Shown piece after piece: positions 35,291 to 47,100 of a stretch of 63,806 nt of DNA. Each line of letters begins with the position of its first letter. Within the stretch, counting starts at the first letter, position 1. Source of the stretch: Bacteroidota bacterium (GTDB lineage Bacteria; Bacteroidota; Bacteroidia; Bacteroidales; UBA12077); assembly GCA_034661075.1 (NCBI GenBank), contig JAYEKP010000088.1, positions 1 to 63,806 of the forward strand, given 5' to 3'. The notes below the pieces were generated by a model that saw only the letters and a list, made by a program, of their open reading frames with translations, did not search any database and was not told the origin of the DNA. Both the position numbers and the translations under genes were made by a program.

Positions 35291-35938
35291 TTACTTCTTC
35301 TTATTTTCTTCTTGATATTGCTCATTAAGCCCGTTTAGTACATCTCGGGTAATATTAAGGCTCGTATCTGCAAATAATACCTGGCTTCCAAATGTTTTAC
35401 TTAAAACATATCGGTAATCATGTTCTTTGTTATATTCTTCCAGAAATTTCATTATACGATCCAGTCCTTGTCGTAACATTACCTGCTCCTCTTCTGATAA
35501 CTGCTGCGCAATGTTATCTCTGGTAGCATATAGTTCTTGTTCTTTCTGAGCTAGTTCTTGTTGCAACATTTGCGCTTTGGTGCGGGTAATCAAACCTTTA
35601 TTCATTTGCTCCTGAAAATCGCGAACTTCACGTTCAAAATTGCGAGATTTTAACTGAAGTTCAGCTTCCGACTCTCCCATTTTTTGATTTAAATCGTCTC
35701 GCTTATCCACAAAAAACTGATATTCAGATATGATGGTATCAATATTCACATAGGCTATGGAAAAACTACGGTCTATAACTTCTCCATCAACTTTTTCTTT
35801 TGTGTCCGAAGTATCCGCTATCGTATCTTTTCCTATGCCTGTAAAATATAATACATAAATTCCCGCTACTGCAAGTATTAAAATGATATTTAACCAAAGT
35901 GTTGTTTTTTTCATGATGATCTTTTTTATTAGCTTCAA
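35291..35938 (-). CDS. OmpH/Skp-family periplasmic chaperone
   Basis: 215 aa. TM/signal anchor plus a long coiled coil rich in Q/E/K, typical of OmpH. Confidence 0.75.
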   Translation of the reverse strand: MKLIKKIIMKKTTLWLNIILILAVAGIYVLYFTGIGKDTIADTSDTKEKVDGEVIDRSFSIAYVNIDTIISEYQFFVDKRDDLNQKMGESEAELQLKSRNFEREVRDFQEQMNKGLITRTKAQMLQQELAQKEQELYATRDNIAQQLSEEEQVMLRQGLDRIMKFLEEYNKEHDYRYVLSKTFGSQVLFADTSLNITRDVLNGLNEQYQEENKKK

Positions 35939-36103
35939 TTGATTTTAACAAAGCAAATATAAGTGAATATCATTCAAGCAAAAAATTTTATTTACGAATT
36001 TTTAGAATTGAGCGATGAAAAATAAAAACTTAACGTTTTTTAACAATTATAAAAATAAATATAAACCCCAAGTCGCTCCAGGTGGTTTCGTTGAATTTCT
36101 AAT

Positions 36104-36138
36104 AATCCGTCTAGCCGCTTTGAGCGGTTTGGCGGATT
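36104..36138. repeat. REP-like nested hairpin (AATCCG..AGCCGCTTTGAGCGGTT..CGGATT)
   Basis: Read directly. Positions 36113-36134 are the exact reverse complement of 51471-51492. Confidence 0.75.
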
Positions 36139-36188
36139 ACACTTTCACCACATTGAAAGCTGCTGCAAAAAAAATTCATCAATTATTC

Positions 36189-36208
36189 AGCACACAAGAA
36201 TGTGTGCT
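36189..36208 (-). terminator. Hairpin downstream of the PorP/SprF gene
   Basis: AGCACACA-agaa-TGTGTGCT, 25 nt past the stop. A T-run follows further along the minus strand. Confidence 0.5.
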
Positions 36209-36232
36209 ATACTGAACTGTACTATACTTTGA

Positions 36233-37216
36233 TTAGATGGTAGGACAAGGAAGCATTTTACGCTTTTCCCGATCGGTTATACCCTGATTGAATTGAAAGA
36301 TAACGGAAATCTCATGTGAGCCACCGGTAAATCCTACCAGTTTCGAGATGGTTAAATCATAGCTATATCCAATTTGAAACTGGTCTATTTTAAATCCAAC
36401 CAGAAAAGCCAATACATCGTTACTGGTTAATTCTTTAAGTACGGGAATTCCCCTATACCAAACACCAATTACCAAAGGCATTTTGTACCAGTACAATCCC
36501 AAATCGAGCTGACTGTATTGATCCTGCATCTTAAAAAGAAATGCAGGGGACAAGCTTTGCCCACTAGACCAGTTGTATCGATCCATAATCGTAAATTTTG
36601 CTCCTCCGTAAAGGGAAAATTTAAAAGGATCCTGGCTGATATCACCCGTAAGCGATCGATTAGGTTTAAGCATTCGATCCCACGTAAAGCCAACCCAATA
36701 ATTTCTATTAAAAGCCAATACCGAAAAAGAAGCATCAATATCGGATTTTCTTTGTAAAATAGGAATTTCTGCAGTTCCTTCCGTATCCGGATTTTCTAAT
36801 TCATCCCCAAAAACAAGATCATCAAAAGCAATGCTGCGCTGGGTATAGAAAAAACTTAACCCGGGACTAACCTGCCATCCTGAGTTGAACTGGAATTTAT
36901 AGGAATAGGCCAGCCCAATATTGGTGGTCGCCAAATTACTTGTTCCTGCTTGTTCGCGATACAATAACACACCGACTCCACTATTCAAATGTGGAAAATA
37001 GTGATCGTAGGAAAGTGCATAGGTTTGAAATGCCCTGGTTAAAGATGGCCACTGATTCCGGTAGTTTGCCGCAATTCTGTCGCCATCGGTTGACCCTGCA
37101 AATGATGGGGCCAAATAAAGAAAACTGGCATAAAACTGTGAAAACTGAGAATCCTGAGCAACAACTTTAATTTGTGCTAAAAGAATAAATAAAAGGATAT
37201 ATACTATTCTGTTCAC
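36233..37216 (-). CDS. PorP/SprF-family type IX secretion system membrane protein
   Basis: 327 aa. Signal peptide, then QDSQFSQFYASFLYLAPSFAG, the family's N-terminal signature. Directly downstream of a type-B CTD cargo gene. Confidence 0.88.
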   Translation of the reverse strand: MNRIVYILLFILLAQIKVVAQDSQFSQFYASFLYLAPSFAGSTDGDRIAANYRNQWPSLTRAFQTYALSYDHYFPHLNSGVGVLLYREQAGTSNLATTNIGLAYSYKFQFNSGWQVSPGLSFFYTQRSIAFDDLVFGDELENPDTEGTAEIPILQRKSDIDASFSVLAFNRNYWVGFTWDRMLKPNRSLTGDISQDPFKFSLYGGAKFTIMDRYNWSSGQSLSPAFLFKMQDQYSQLDLGLYWYKMPLVIGVWYRGIPVLKELTSNDVLAFLVGFKIDQFQIGYSYDLTISKLVGFTGGSHEISVIFQFNQGITDREKRKMLPCPTI

Positions 37217-37351
37217 AATGGTTCACTTTCTTTTTAAGGGTTTTCATACCCTACTGTTGAGCATTTAAAAATATAAAAATAAAAATATTTTAATTCTTTT
37301 AATATTTTAGTTATAAACATCATCAAATCAAGTAAAAATCTCCGTTGTTAA

Positions 37352-40300
37352 TTACCGGATTAACGTAACATCTCCGGCGAGTTCAAAAGCTCTTCCATTG
37401 GTAAATCTACCTTCGGCTTTCCAAACATAAACATCCGATTTTGCTTCTTTTCCTCCTACTTTTCCATTCCAACCCATTTCCAAATTATTGGTTTCAAAGA
37501 TTAACTCTCCCCATCGATTGTAAATCAATAATTCATATTCAACGACTCCTTTAGCTACGGGTTTAAAAACATCGTTTATACCATCTTCATTGGGAGTAAA
37601 AGCATTTGGGAAAGCAATTTCGCCCTCACCAATTACTTTAACAGCTCTTTCTTTAATCAGGGAATCTACACATCCCTGGCTATTGATAACCACCAGTTTA
37701 ACATCATACTCTTTTGGCATTTCGTCATCGGGTGGTTTCTCATAGTAATGGGTTACATTCGTAGCTATAGACGTTTTTCCATCGCCAAAATCCCATAAAT
37801 AAGAGCAACCAGAAGTATCATTACACATCGATTGATTATAGAACTCAACCCGTGCTTCTAATGTCTCGGCATCAAGCATCGTTATACTGGGTAATAACTC
37901 AAACTTGGCTACAGGATTGGAATACACGCGTATCTTTTTATATTCGTAATCTTCACCACCTTCGCCCGTGGCGGTTAATTTTACATTATAGGTGCCAGGT
38001 TCGGTATAGGTATGGGTAATTTCAGCTCCTTCGCCTATTTCTCCATCACCAAAATCCCAAATGTATTCATACACTTCGGAATATATGGATGCCGCTGCAA
38101 TAAAATCAACATCCAACCCGTCATTTAAACAGCCGACATCAACACTCGTGGTAAAATCAGCGTTAATATCCGGAGGTAAAATGGTTACCGTTTTCGTTAA
38201 GGCATCATTACAATCACTCGTTTGACTGGTTACGGTTAGGGTAATATCTTTTTCACCCCAATGTTCATAATCAAAATAATTAGGTTCTACATCCGTAGAT
38301 GTATTTTCCTCCAGATCGCCATATTCCCATAAATAATTAAAGGGCCCATCGTTGGTTTTATTATCAATAAACACCCTGTTCTCGGGAAATTTTTGTACAA
38401 GTGGGTTTACATCAAACTCTACAATTGGTTGAACATAAGCTGTAACCGGCTTGGTAATGGTATCCCAGCAATTATATTCAGACGATGCGCGCAAGAATAC
38501 ATTGTAAGTACGGTTAGTATTCCATGTATTTGTAAATCGATGTACCGGATTTTCCTGGTTGGAAGTGTTTCCATCATCAAAATTCCAGTAAAAATATTGT
38601 GCCGGAGATGTTGATTCATTGATAAATGATGAAACAAAAGGGCTACAACCGGCTTCGTCATAAGTAAAATCTGCAATTACATCAGGGAATACACTAAGTT
38701 CCAATGATGTACTGTCTTTACAGCCTTCATTTGTTCCTACCCAAAGCTCAAGCGTGTAATTTTGTACCACATCAACCAGTGTGTTAGGATAGGTATGTGT
38801 TAATGTCTGGTCAGTTGTGTTATTTGTACCATCGCCAAATCGCCACTCGAACATATCTTCGCCAACAGATTCATTTTCCATATAAGAAACCAATGGCGGG
38901 CATGATGATGTGTTATCTATAAAAAATTTAGATAATGGCTGATGATAAACAGTAACCACTGCACTCGTATCGTCGGTACAGAAATTTGGTGACTGTACTG
39001 TTAAATCAACAGTAAAAGTCCTGTCATCGGTACGGCTTGAATTATAAAATGTATGCGACGGATTAGCAGATCCGGATGTAGCACCATCGCCAAAGCTCCA
39101 GGTGTACTTGGTTGCGGGAGGAACAGATGATAAATCGGTAAATTCAATATCTAAAGGCGTACATCCATTATCAGTATCCATATCATAAAGTGCACGTACA
39201 AATTCATATACGGTTACCGTATCGATATATTCTGATGAACAACCATGCTCATTTTCTGCAACCAACCTTACCTGGTAAGGACGCAAACTGGTGGTTGTAT
39301 TTTCGTAGGTATAGTCAAAGTCGGCCAATCCGGTAGATGAAAATTCATCTGCTCCGTCTACATACCATGTGTAGGTATTAGCAGCATTGCCAACAGAAGC
39401 ATTTTGAATTGTTGTTGTAAATGGCGGACATCCTTCATTTTCCTCGATGGAGTAGTCGGCAATAACTTTTGAATAAACCGTAATATAGTCGGTATGCGAA
39501 TCGGTACATCCATTTTCCGATTCGGCTGTCATAACCACTTCGAACGTTTTATTATCTGTTGTGTTATTGGTAAAGGTTTTGTTTACCGGGCTGGATAATG
39601 TTGTTAATGAACTGCCATCGCCAAAGTTCCAGTTCATGGTATATGAACCGCCTCCCGAGGATGTATTGGTAAATACCACATCGGATGGATTACAGGCATT
39701 GTTTTGTACGTAAGAAAAATCGGCAAGGATGGATGAATGGATCGTAATCCCTCGTTTTAACGTATCGTAACATCCATGTCCGTTACCTACTATTAAAGTA
39801 AGACTATCTGTACGGCTCGTTCCGGAGGTATTATAATATGTTTTCGAAAATGAGGATGTAATGGTACTGTCTGGATTTCCTAAATCTAAATCATCATTAT
39901 CCCAGAACCAGTAATATTCTGTGCCTGATGAATTGTTGGAAATATTCACGGTAAGCGGGGAACAATCTTCCGATAAATCAATATCAAAGTCAGCATTCGT
40001 GTATGGATAAACTTTTATTAACCCCGTGGTGTCGTGGGTACATCCATTGGTTGTTGTAACTTTAAGATTCACATCAAACGGCCGGGTCGTCGGGGTAGTG
40101 TTCTCAAACTGGTGGGCAGGCTCAGTAACAGAAGAGGTGGTGCCATCCTTAAAGTCCCAGGTATATTGATTCGCATTAATTGAATAATCTCGGAACGAAA
40201 ATTTAAACGGATTACACCCTATGGTATCCATAGGACCAAAATCTGCTTTGGCTTCGGCAAAAACCGTATCGGTTCTTGAGAAAGTTTTGGTACAGGTAGC

Positions 40301-42244
40301 ATTTCCATTGCTTACGGTCAATGTAACATCATACATATCGTTCGCATTGGTTGTACTTGTATTTCTTGGGAATACATTGGTTTGTGGGTCTGCATTAGGG
40401 GTATTTAGTACAGGGGACCCATCTCCAAAATCCCATGAATATTCACTAATTCCGGGGTAGTACATGGGCGTAACGGTAATCGTATCGGGTGAGCATCCCG
40501 AGGATGCATCCATCGTAAAAAATGCACGTACTCGTGGATGAACCGTAACATTAACAGAGGAAGAATCCAGGCATCCGTATTTGGTTTCCACGTCGAGTTG
40601 GACATTCCGAACTACTGCACCTGTCTGGTTGATATTCCGGAATAAATTGGTTGCAGGGTTGGTATTTGCTGAGGCACCATCATCAAAGTCCCATGTATAG
40701 GATACATTAGGGAGTAAAGTATCTGAAATATCTGCTTCAAAATCAACTTGAGTTGAATCACAAACTTCGCTGGCAGATGGGACTATATCCGTAATGTGAA
40801 CTTCAGGATAGACCGTAATGGTAACAGTTTGGTCGGTGCTGCAAAACCCATCGGTACTGGATACCGTTAAGGATAAATAATGTTCGGTAACCGCATCAGA
40901 AGTATTGTTATAAGAAATAGGATTGGTTGGGTCCTCATCATTTGATGTTGGATTTCCATTATCGAACTCCCACAGATAATCAATTCCGGTACCTTTCGAC
41001 TGATTGGTAATGTTTACCTCCAAGGGTGAGCAGCCATCGTTTTCATCCAGCACAAAGTCAGCCTGAGCTCTGTATGCCAAAACATCGCGGTAAACCGTAT
41101 CGGCACATCCATACTGGGATTGAGCCACCAAACGTACCGTATAGGTCTGATCACTATCGGTAGTATTGGCATAAAACTTATTAAAAGTGATTACGGTAGA
41201 ATCGGTATTCATGTTTGAACCATTGCCAAAAGTCCAGTAAAAATCCGAAGCGATATGCTCGCCATGAGGCGAAGTTCGGGTAAACTCGATGGTATCAGCG
41301 TTACATACCCTTCCGGTATCCAGGTCGAAAGCAGCCTGTACCTCGGGATACACGGTGATGGTATCGCGATGTATTCTTTTACATCCTGCATGATTATAAA
41401 CCCGGAGTTCAACCGGGAAATGTGCAACAGTATCTCCTGTATTAACATATTCATGAGGTAAAGAACCAAAAAATGCTCCAGTATAAGGGGTTGCACCATC
41501 ACCATAAAATAATGTGTCAGTAACATCTCCCGCAGATGCATTAGTAAAAGTAACCGTTAAGGGTGAACATCCGTTGTTATTATCAATGGTAAAATCAGCC
41601 TCGATATGAGGAAAAACCCTGATAGTTGTATGGGCAGTATCTTTACATAAATAAGGTGAAGTTAACCGCAGCTCGACATCATATTCAACCGTATCGGAAG
41701 TATTGATGTGGCTAAAGGTATGAATTTTATCGCCGGGGCCATTAGTTGTATTTCCATCATTAAAGTCCCATACATATCGGTCAGGATCAATATTCCCGTA
41801 TGAACTATCTGCAAAATGCACCTCTAGAGGATTGCAACCTATAAGCGTATCCGGGATAAAATCAGCATGTATTTCCGGTTTTACATGAACATCAACAGTA
41901 TGCTCATTGGTACATACAGACCCATCGTAACGGGTTAACATACGAATGGTATAGGTGCTATCTGTAGACGATGTATTATCATAAGTAAACGTGGATGGAG
42001 CTACTGTAAAATCATATGTGTCTTCATCCCACGACCCATCATTGGTATAATCCCATCTATAGATATATGATGAATCAGATTCATTAATAATATCAGGAGT
42101 AAACGGTGCACAACCACTATAATCTGATAACCTAAAAAAAGCATTGGGTGCGTCCTGAGCATCCACTTGAAGTGTAATGTTTGTATCTAAATCACATGCT
42201 CCAATTATGTGGACATTAAAGGTATATACATCTCCCGGTGGCAA
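37352..42244 (-). CDS. PKD-repeat surface protein with T9SS type-B C-terminal sorting domain (SprB-like cargo); C-terminal segment of a gene split by an in-frame TAG
   Basis: 1630 aa. At least 15 W-x-F-G-D-G-type PKD-like repeat cores counted by eye. The C-terminus AFPNAFTPNEDGINDVFKP...LLIYNRWGELIFE...GWNGK matches the gliding-motility-associated CTD. There is no ATG and no signal peptide. The frame continues from 42329-43984. Confidence 0.85.
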   Translation of the reverse strand: MPPGDVYTFNVHIIGACDLDTNITLQVDAQDAPNAFFRLSDYSGCAPFTPDIINESDSSYIYRWDYTNDGSWDEDTYDFTVAPSTFTYDNTSSTDSTYTIRMLTRYDGSVCTNEHTVDVHVKPEIHADFIPDTLIGCNPLEVHFADSSYGNIDPDRYVWDFNDGNTTNGPGDKIHTFSHINTSDTVEYDVELRLTSPYLCKDTAHTTIRVFPHIEADFTIDNNNGCSPLTVTFTNASAGDVTDTLFYGDGATPYTGAFFGSLPHEYVNTGDTVAHFPVELRVYNHAGCKRIHRDTITVYPEVQAAFDLDTGRVCNADTIEFTRTSPHGEHIASDFYWTFGNGSNMNTDSTVITFNKFYANTTDSDQTYTVRLVAQSQYGCADTVYRDVLAYRAQADFVLDENDGCSPLEVNITNQSKGTGIDYLWEFDNGNPTSNDEDPTNPISYNNTSDAVTEHYLSLTVSSTDGFCSTDQTVTITVYPEVHITDIVPSASEVCDSTQVDFEADISDTLLPNVSYTWDFDDGASANTNPATNLFRNINQTGAVVRNVQLDVETKYGCLDSSSVNVTVHPRVRAFFTMDASSGCSPDTITVTPMYYPGISEYSWDFGDGSPVLNTPNADPQTNVFPRNTSTTNANDMYDVTLTVSNGNATCTKTFSRTDTVFAEAKADFGPMDTIGCNPFKFSFRDYSINANQYTWDFKDGTTSSVTEPAHQFENTTPTTRPFDVNLKVTTTNGCTHDTTGLIKVYPYTNADFDIDLSEDCSPLTVNISNNSSGTEYYWFWDNDDLDLGNPDSTITSSFSKTYYNTSGTSRTDSLTLIVGNGHGCYDTLKRGITIHSSILADFSYVQNNACNPSDVVFTNTSSGGGSYTMNWNFGDGSSLTTLSSPVNKTFTNNTTDNKTFEVVMTAESENGCTDSHTDYITVYSKVIADYSIEENEGCPPFTTTIQNASVGNAANTYTWYVDGADEFSSTGLADFDYTYENTTTSLRPYQVRLVAENEHGCSSEYIDTVTVYEFVRALYDMDTDNGCTPLDIEFTDLSSVPPATKYTWSFGDGATSGSANPSHTFYNSSRTDDRTFTVDLTVQSPNFCTDDTSAVVTVYHQPLSKFFIDNTSSCPPLVSYMENESVGEDMFEWRFGDGTNNTTDQTLTHTYPNTLVDVVQNYTLELWVGTNEGCKDSTSLELSVFPDVIADFTYDEAGCSPFVSSFINESTSPAQYFYWNFDDGNTSNQENPVHRFTNTWNTNRTYNVFLRASSEYNCWDTITKPVTAYVQPIVEFDVNPLVQKFPENRVFIDNKTNDGPFNYLWEYGDLEENTSTDVEPNYFDYEHWGEKDITLTVTSQTSDCNDALTKTVTILPPDINADFTTSVDVGCLNDGLDVDFIAAASIYSEVYEYIWDFGDGEIGEGAEITHTYTEPGTYNVKLTATGEGGEDYEYKKIRVYSNPVAKFELLPSITMLDAETLEARVEFYNQSMCNDTSGCSYLWDFGDGKTSIATNVTHYYEKPPDDEMPKEYDVKLVVINSQGCVDSLIKERAVKVIGEGEIAFPNAFTPNEDGINDVFKPVAKGVVEYELLIYNRWGELIFETNNLEMGWNGKVGGKEAKSDVYVWKAEGRFTNGRAFELAGDVTLIR

Positions 42245-42328
42245 AATTGCAAAAGTTTTACTGGCATAAATATCATCAATATAATCTACTGGAGACCATT
42301 CATAGAATCTACCACCTGATGCTTCAAG

Positions 42329-43984
42329 CTAAGCAGTATCACCAGGACAGACAATTCCAATAGACCCACCCTCTGCACTTACCATTCCACTTCCTTCCAT
42401 TACATTATAATTGGAAAAATAACCATAAAATGCATCCTCTTCAGTATGTCCATTAATAACCCCCAGGTGAAAAAGTTCTACATCGTTGGAAAGTAAAAAA
42501 GCTGTATCTTTACTTAAAGCATTGGCATTAAATCGTGCATATTTCCACTCATCATATGGGGCCCCTGTTTCGGGTAAAGGATTAAAATTTGTTGGGTCAT
42601 TAATTTCATCCAACACATTTTGTTCATCTGCTGTTAAAGGAACATCTTTGGTTAAACTAAAATTACTCATTGCAGCATTACGGGCCAGAATGGTTAAATA
42701 AAATTCATAAGTTTCTCCCTTTGTCCTGTTAAATGCGACATCATAAGAACCAGTACATTTGGATATGGTAGGAATTAATGAGCCTGCTTTTTGGCGGCCT
42801 GCCCCAGACATATGAAATACATACACCGGGTAATCTGATTTAACTGATACAATCTTATAGTCAGGATCATTCATTGAAAAAGTTTTAGTTTCTCCGACAC
42901 CTATATTATCAGTCTCTGTATAACCGGCAGGGTCACATTTTATAGTAATATTTGTATTTGGTTCTGTCCCTACAATATAAATATAATCTTCTATTTCAGT
43001 ATTATCATACCCAATACCTTGAATAATAGCGTAATCTGTTCCGATATGGTCAATGGGTACAATTTGGTCGGTAACATAATCGGGATTAAGTGAATGTTGT
43101 GATTTAACAACATCATCATGGGTTATAATAGCAATAGGGGCACCGCTTGAATTCGGATCTATAGTATCTACTTCAACAAAAGTTCCGGCAAGTCGGTCAT
43201 CTTCTTCAAAAGATGTTTGATACTCATAACCTGCATTACTCTGGTAAGGTGTAATAATAGATGTTTCCCCTTTATCCAACCATATTTCATAAGTTCCCCC
43301 AGCGGGTAAACTAATCGGAGAACCATCCTTTACCCAGATTGAATTGGTTGGAGAAATTAAAATTTTTGTATTATCTTCTGTGGCAACAATATCAATTGAA
43401 CTATAAGGCCTATAATCACAATAATAAGCTCGTGTGCAATTAGTATTTTGAAAAGGTACATAAAACTGTTTTCCTAAAGCATTATTCCCCTTTAATGAAA
43501 TTAATTCCATATTATACTGAACACCAATTTCATAATAGGCTGTAATCATTTCATCCGAAGTAATTTTAATCCCTTTATTATTTCTATTAATGTAAGGTCT
43601 TGCAGCAACAAGATCCGATGTAGTCCAACGTAATTTATTTTCCATAGAATTCCATTGTATTACTAAGGCATCATCAATGAAGCTTGAAAGATCTTCACGA
43701 TGAGTATCGTTAGCAGGAATATTAATTACTAAAGGATTTCCTCCATTAAAATTAGGGTTTGCAGGCATAGATATAGACACATTGGCTGGTTCATCAAAAG
43801 TGGTTAAATGGAGATATACAGGGGTTCCATTTTGTATTTCCTCACAAGTATACCCTCCTTGTGAGTGATACCTATTTGTTTCAGGGGCAGAAAACCAAAA
43901 GACTGTATCTTTTTGTGCAAAACCTTGTTTTGAAAAAAATACCAGAAAAAATAAAATAGGAAGATAAACTATATTTTTTTTCAT
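42329..43984 (-). CDS. N-terminal segment (signal peptide + beta-rich domain) of the same surface protein, ended by an in-frame TAG
   Basis: 551 aa. Signal peptide MKKNIVYLPILFFLVFFSKQGFAQ. It ends ...IVCPGDTA-TAG, and the same frame continues LEASGGRFYEWSP... Confidence 0.8.
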   Translation of the reverse strand: MKKNIVYLPILFFLVFFSKQGFAQKDTVFWFSAPETNRYHSQGGYTCEEIQNGTPVYLHLTTFDEPANVSISMPANPNFNGGNPLVINIPANDTHREDLSSFIDDALVIQWNSMENKLRWTTSDLVAARPYINRNNKGIKITSDEMITAYYEIGVQYNMELISLKGNNALGKQFYVPFQNTNCTRAYYCDYRPYSSIDIVATEDNTKILISPTNSIWVKDGSPISLPAGGTYEIWLDKGETSIITPYQSNAGYEYQTSFEEDDRLAGTFVEVDTIDPNSSGAPIAIITHDDVVKSQHSLNPDYVTDQIVPIDHIGTDYAIIQGIGYDNTEIEDYIYIVGTEPNTNITIKCDPAGYTETDNIGVGETKTFSMNDPDYKIVSVKSDYPVYVFHMSGAGRQKAGSLIPTISKCTGSYDVAFNRTKGETYEFYLTILARNAAMSNFSLTKDVPLTADEQNVLDEINDPTNFNPLPETGAPYDEWKYARFNANALSKDTAFLLSNDVELFHLGVINGHTEEDAFYGYFSNYNVMEGSGMVSAEGGSIGIVCPGDTA

Positions 43985-44064
43985 ATTTTAAACATTTATC
44001 TAAATAAATCGTATATCTATCAAAAACTATATGTTGCTTATCAAAATCTTTTACGCAAAAGTAT

Positions 44065-44072
44065 TAATTTTG
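44065..44072 (+). promoter_or_regulatory. Candidate -7 promoter box (TAATTTTG) for the 2019-aa surface protein gene
   Basis: Matches TAnnTTTG about 60 nt upstream of the ATG at 44134. Confidence 0.3.
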
Positions 44073-44133
44073 TTTTAACTTTTTAATATAATTTAATATA
44101 AATTAACCGAGTAGCTATTAAATTTATTACATC

Positions 44134-47100
44134 ATGAATATCAAAGATATAATTATTTTATGTGTTTTTTCGTTTATAAGCCTATTTTCTTATGGTCAGG
44201 AGATATACATAAACGAAAATTTCGATGGCAGTACAAAACCTGCTGACTGGACTTACTTTTATGAATCAGGAGATATAAACTGGAGTTATCTCGATGGTGG
44301 TTATACTACTGGAGAGCCAGGGTCAAGTGAACCACCTTATGCGTTTCAGGGAGAAAGAAATGCTGTTTTTTATTTTGCCAGCCCCTATAATGAAACAACA
44401 AAATTAATTACCCCTCCTATTGATTTAAGTTATGCTATAAAACCCAAACTGGTTTTTTGGCACGCTCAGGCTGATAAATTATATGGAGGCGGATACAATC
44501 ACGATGAACTACGTATTTATTATAAAACTTCATTTACAAGTCCCTGGGTACTTTTAGCTGAATATACTGATGAAGTACCTGATTGGACAGAGCGAAACAT
44601 ACTATTACCTGACTCTTCTCTAACAAGTACTTATTATATTGCTTTTGAAGGAAAAACAAAAAATGGTTTTGGAACTTGTGTTGATAGTATGTTTGTTATT
44701 GAAACAGGTATAATCCCCAGGTATGTAGAATCAATAAACACTAAACAGGCATCTTCACTAATTGTACCAACATCATCAGAAAATAATAAAATGGTTCGTG
44801 TAGATATTTCTGTTAAAGGAAATGATGGTACAATTATTTTAGATTCAATCGCTTTTAAATCTTTAAACACCAATGATACTGATATTTCTGCAAACGGAGT
44901 AAAGCTTTTTGTCTCTAATGATACTACCTATTACAGTGCCACACAGATTAGTACCGGAAAGAATTTTAATGATGAAACGGTAAGTTTTTATAATTTAAAC
45001 TATGAACTGCCAACCGGCCTATCGTCTGTTTGGCTTACCTATGATATAAAAGAGGATGAGAATCACAATTTACAAAATCACATCTTAGATGCCTATGTCC
45101 CCACCAATGGCATAAAGATAAACGGAAACTATTTTCCATCTTCTGATCAATCGCCCTCCGGAAATAGAAAAATTGCCGAGTCCATTTTCTTTGACAATTT
45201 TGAAAATGTAGGTTTCTGGACTTTTACTGGAGAATTCGAACGAGATACTGCGCAAGGAAAAGGAGGCGGACTAGGAGATCCTGACCCGGAAAATGCTGTT
45301 TCTGGTTCTTATATTATTGGGACGGATATATCTGATAATGGCAATTATGAAAACAATATGAATTATCATGATGACCAAGCAATTACACCTTTAATTGATG
45401 CAGAGTATTATAAAGATACCCGAATTTATTTTCACCGATGGCTAAATATTGAAGTAAATGACTCTGCATTTATTGAATATTCAACTAATGGTGGCACAGA
45501 CTGGCATAGAATCTGGTTTAGTAATGCAACGATTAATGATAGTAAATGGAAATTTATTAATCTGGATACCAAAAACTTTTTGGATAAAAAGTCAGATTTT
45601 CAGGTTAACATCTCTTTAGGTGGTACGAGTGAATCATGGGTTTTATCTGGATGGAATATCGATGATTTTTTCATCACTGGCGATTATATTTCAAAAGATG
45701 TTGGAATAACCGATTGGATTTATCCCACAGGAGGTTGCGGACATACGGATGAAGAATATATAACAGTTGAAATAACAAACTTTGCAGGAGATCCATTAAC
45801 AGATCCTCTACCCTTAAGTTTTTCTTTTGACGGAGGTACTTCAATATACCAGGATACCATTCTAGCCCCGAACCTTGCAGTAAAATCTTCAATGACCTAC
45901 GAAATTAAAACACCGATTGACTTAACAACACCCGGTTGGTTCCTGGATGTTTATGCTGAAACGAACCTCCCCGGCGATGAGGTATCTACCAACAACAGAC
46001 TTACAACAGAAATATTTATCACTCCTACTTACTCTCTTCCTTATATCGAAAATTTTGAAACCAATGACGGGTATTATTTAAGCGGAGGTGATTATTCCAG
46101 CTGGTCATATGGAATTCCTGCAGGAACCATAATTAACGGTGCAGCTTCAGGCGATAATGCCTGGGTAACTTCCTTATCAGGAACTTATAATAATAATGAA
46201 GATTCGTATCTTGAAACACCCTGTTTTAATTTTGGTGGAGCCGATTCAATTATTTTCGAATTTAAGTGTAAAGGATTGTCCGAAGATCAAACCGATGGAC
46301 TAACCATAATGTACACTTTTAACGAAGGAGAAACCTGGGAACCACTACCCAATGATCATGACTATTCCTGGAACTGGTATAACGAAGGAAACATCAGTGC
46401 ATTAGGATTACCCGGAATTGATGATACGAATGAAGAATGGCTTACTTACAGGCAGTTACTTCCTGAAATATTTAGTAACCAGAGCCTGGTTAAATTCCGT
46501 TTTGCATTTAAAAGTAATAGCTCATTAAGATACGAAGGTTTTGGGATTGATGATATCAAAATTTATGAAGCACCTTATGATGTAGGAGTCAGTGCGATGA
46601 CTTACCCTTATGATGCCTGTGAATGGAAGGATACCACGCATGTAAAAATTTATATCGAAAATTATGGACCAAATGCCGTTAAAACCGGTACTGATATTCC
46701 ATTGGTAATGAAGTTTAAAACATCAACCCTGCGCGATACACTAACCCTTAGTGAAGATTTAGCGGTTCAAGATTCAGTATTATATACATTTGGCTCAACC
46801 GTAGATATGTCGTATGCCGGCGATTATGATTTCATCCTTTACACCAAACTGGAAAACGATCCGTTCTATTACAGTGAAAGCTGTAACGATTCGCTGGTTA
46901 CTTCCGCAAGTGTACTGGGTATGCCCAATTACAATCCCTTCCCGGATGTTATCGGAGAAGAAACACCCATAAACATTACCCTGGATGCAGGGGAAGAATC
47001 GCCAGGGGTAGATTATACTTCTTATGCATGGAGTCCCGCGGGATCGAACCGGACTCTAAATGTCAGCTCTGCCGGGACATATAGTGTTACGGTAACCAAC

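Noticed and set aside
36015-36215. 66-aa plus-strand ORF from the ORF track.
   Set aside because: It consists largely of the REP-like hairpin (36104-36138) and the terminator hairpin (36189-36208). It has no recognisable family and lies in an intergenic region between minus-strand genes.
38393-42701. Short ORFs inside the PKD-repeat adhesin gene on either strand (for example 38393-38614, 38419-38676, 40221-40460, 40405-40605, 41209-41541, 41255-41461, 42486-42701).
   Set aside because: They are embedded in a long, repeat-structured, clearly coding frame. No independent signals support them.
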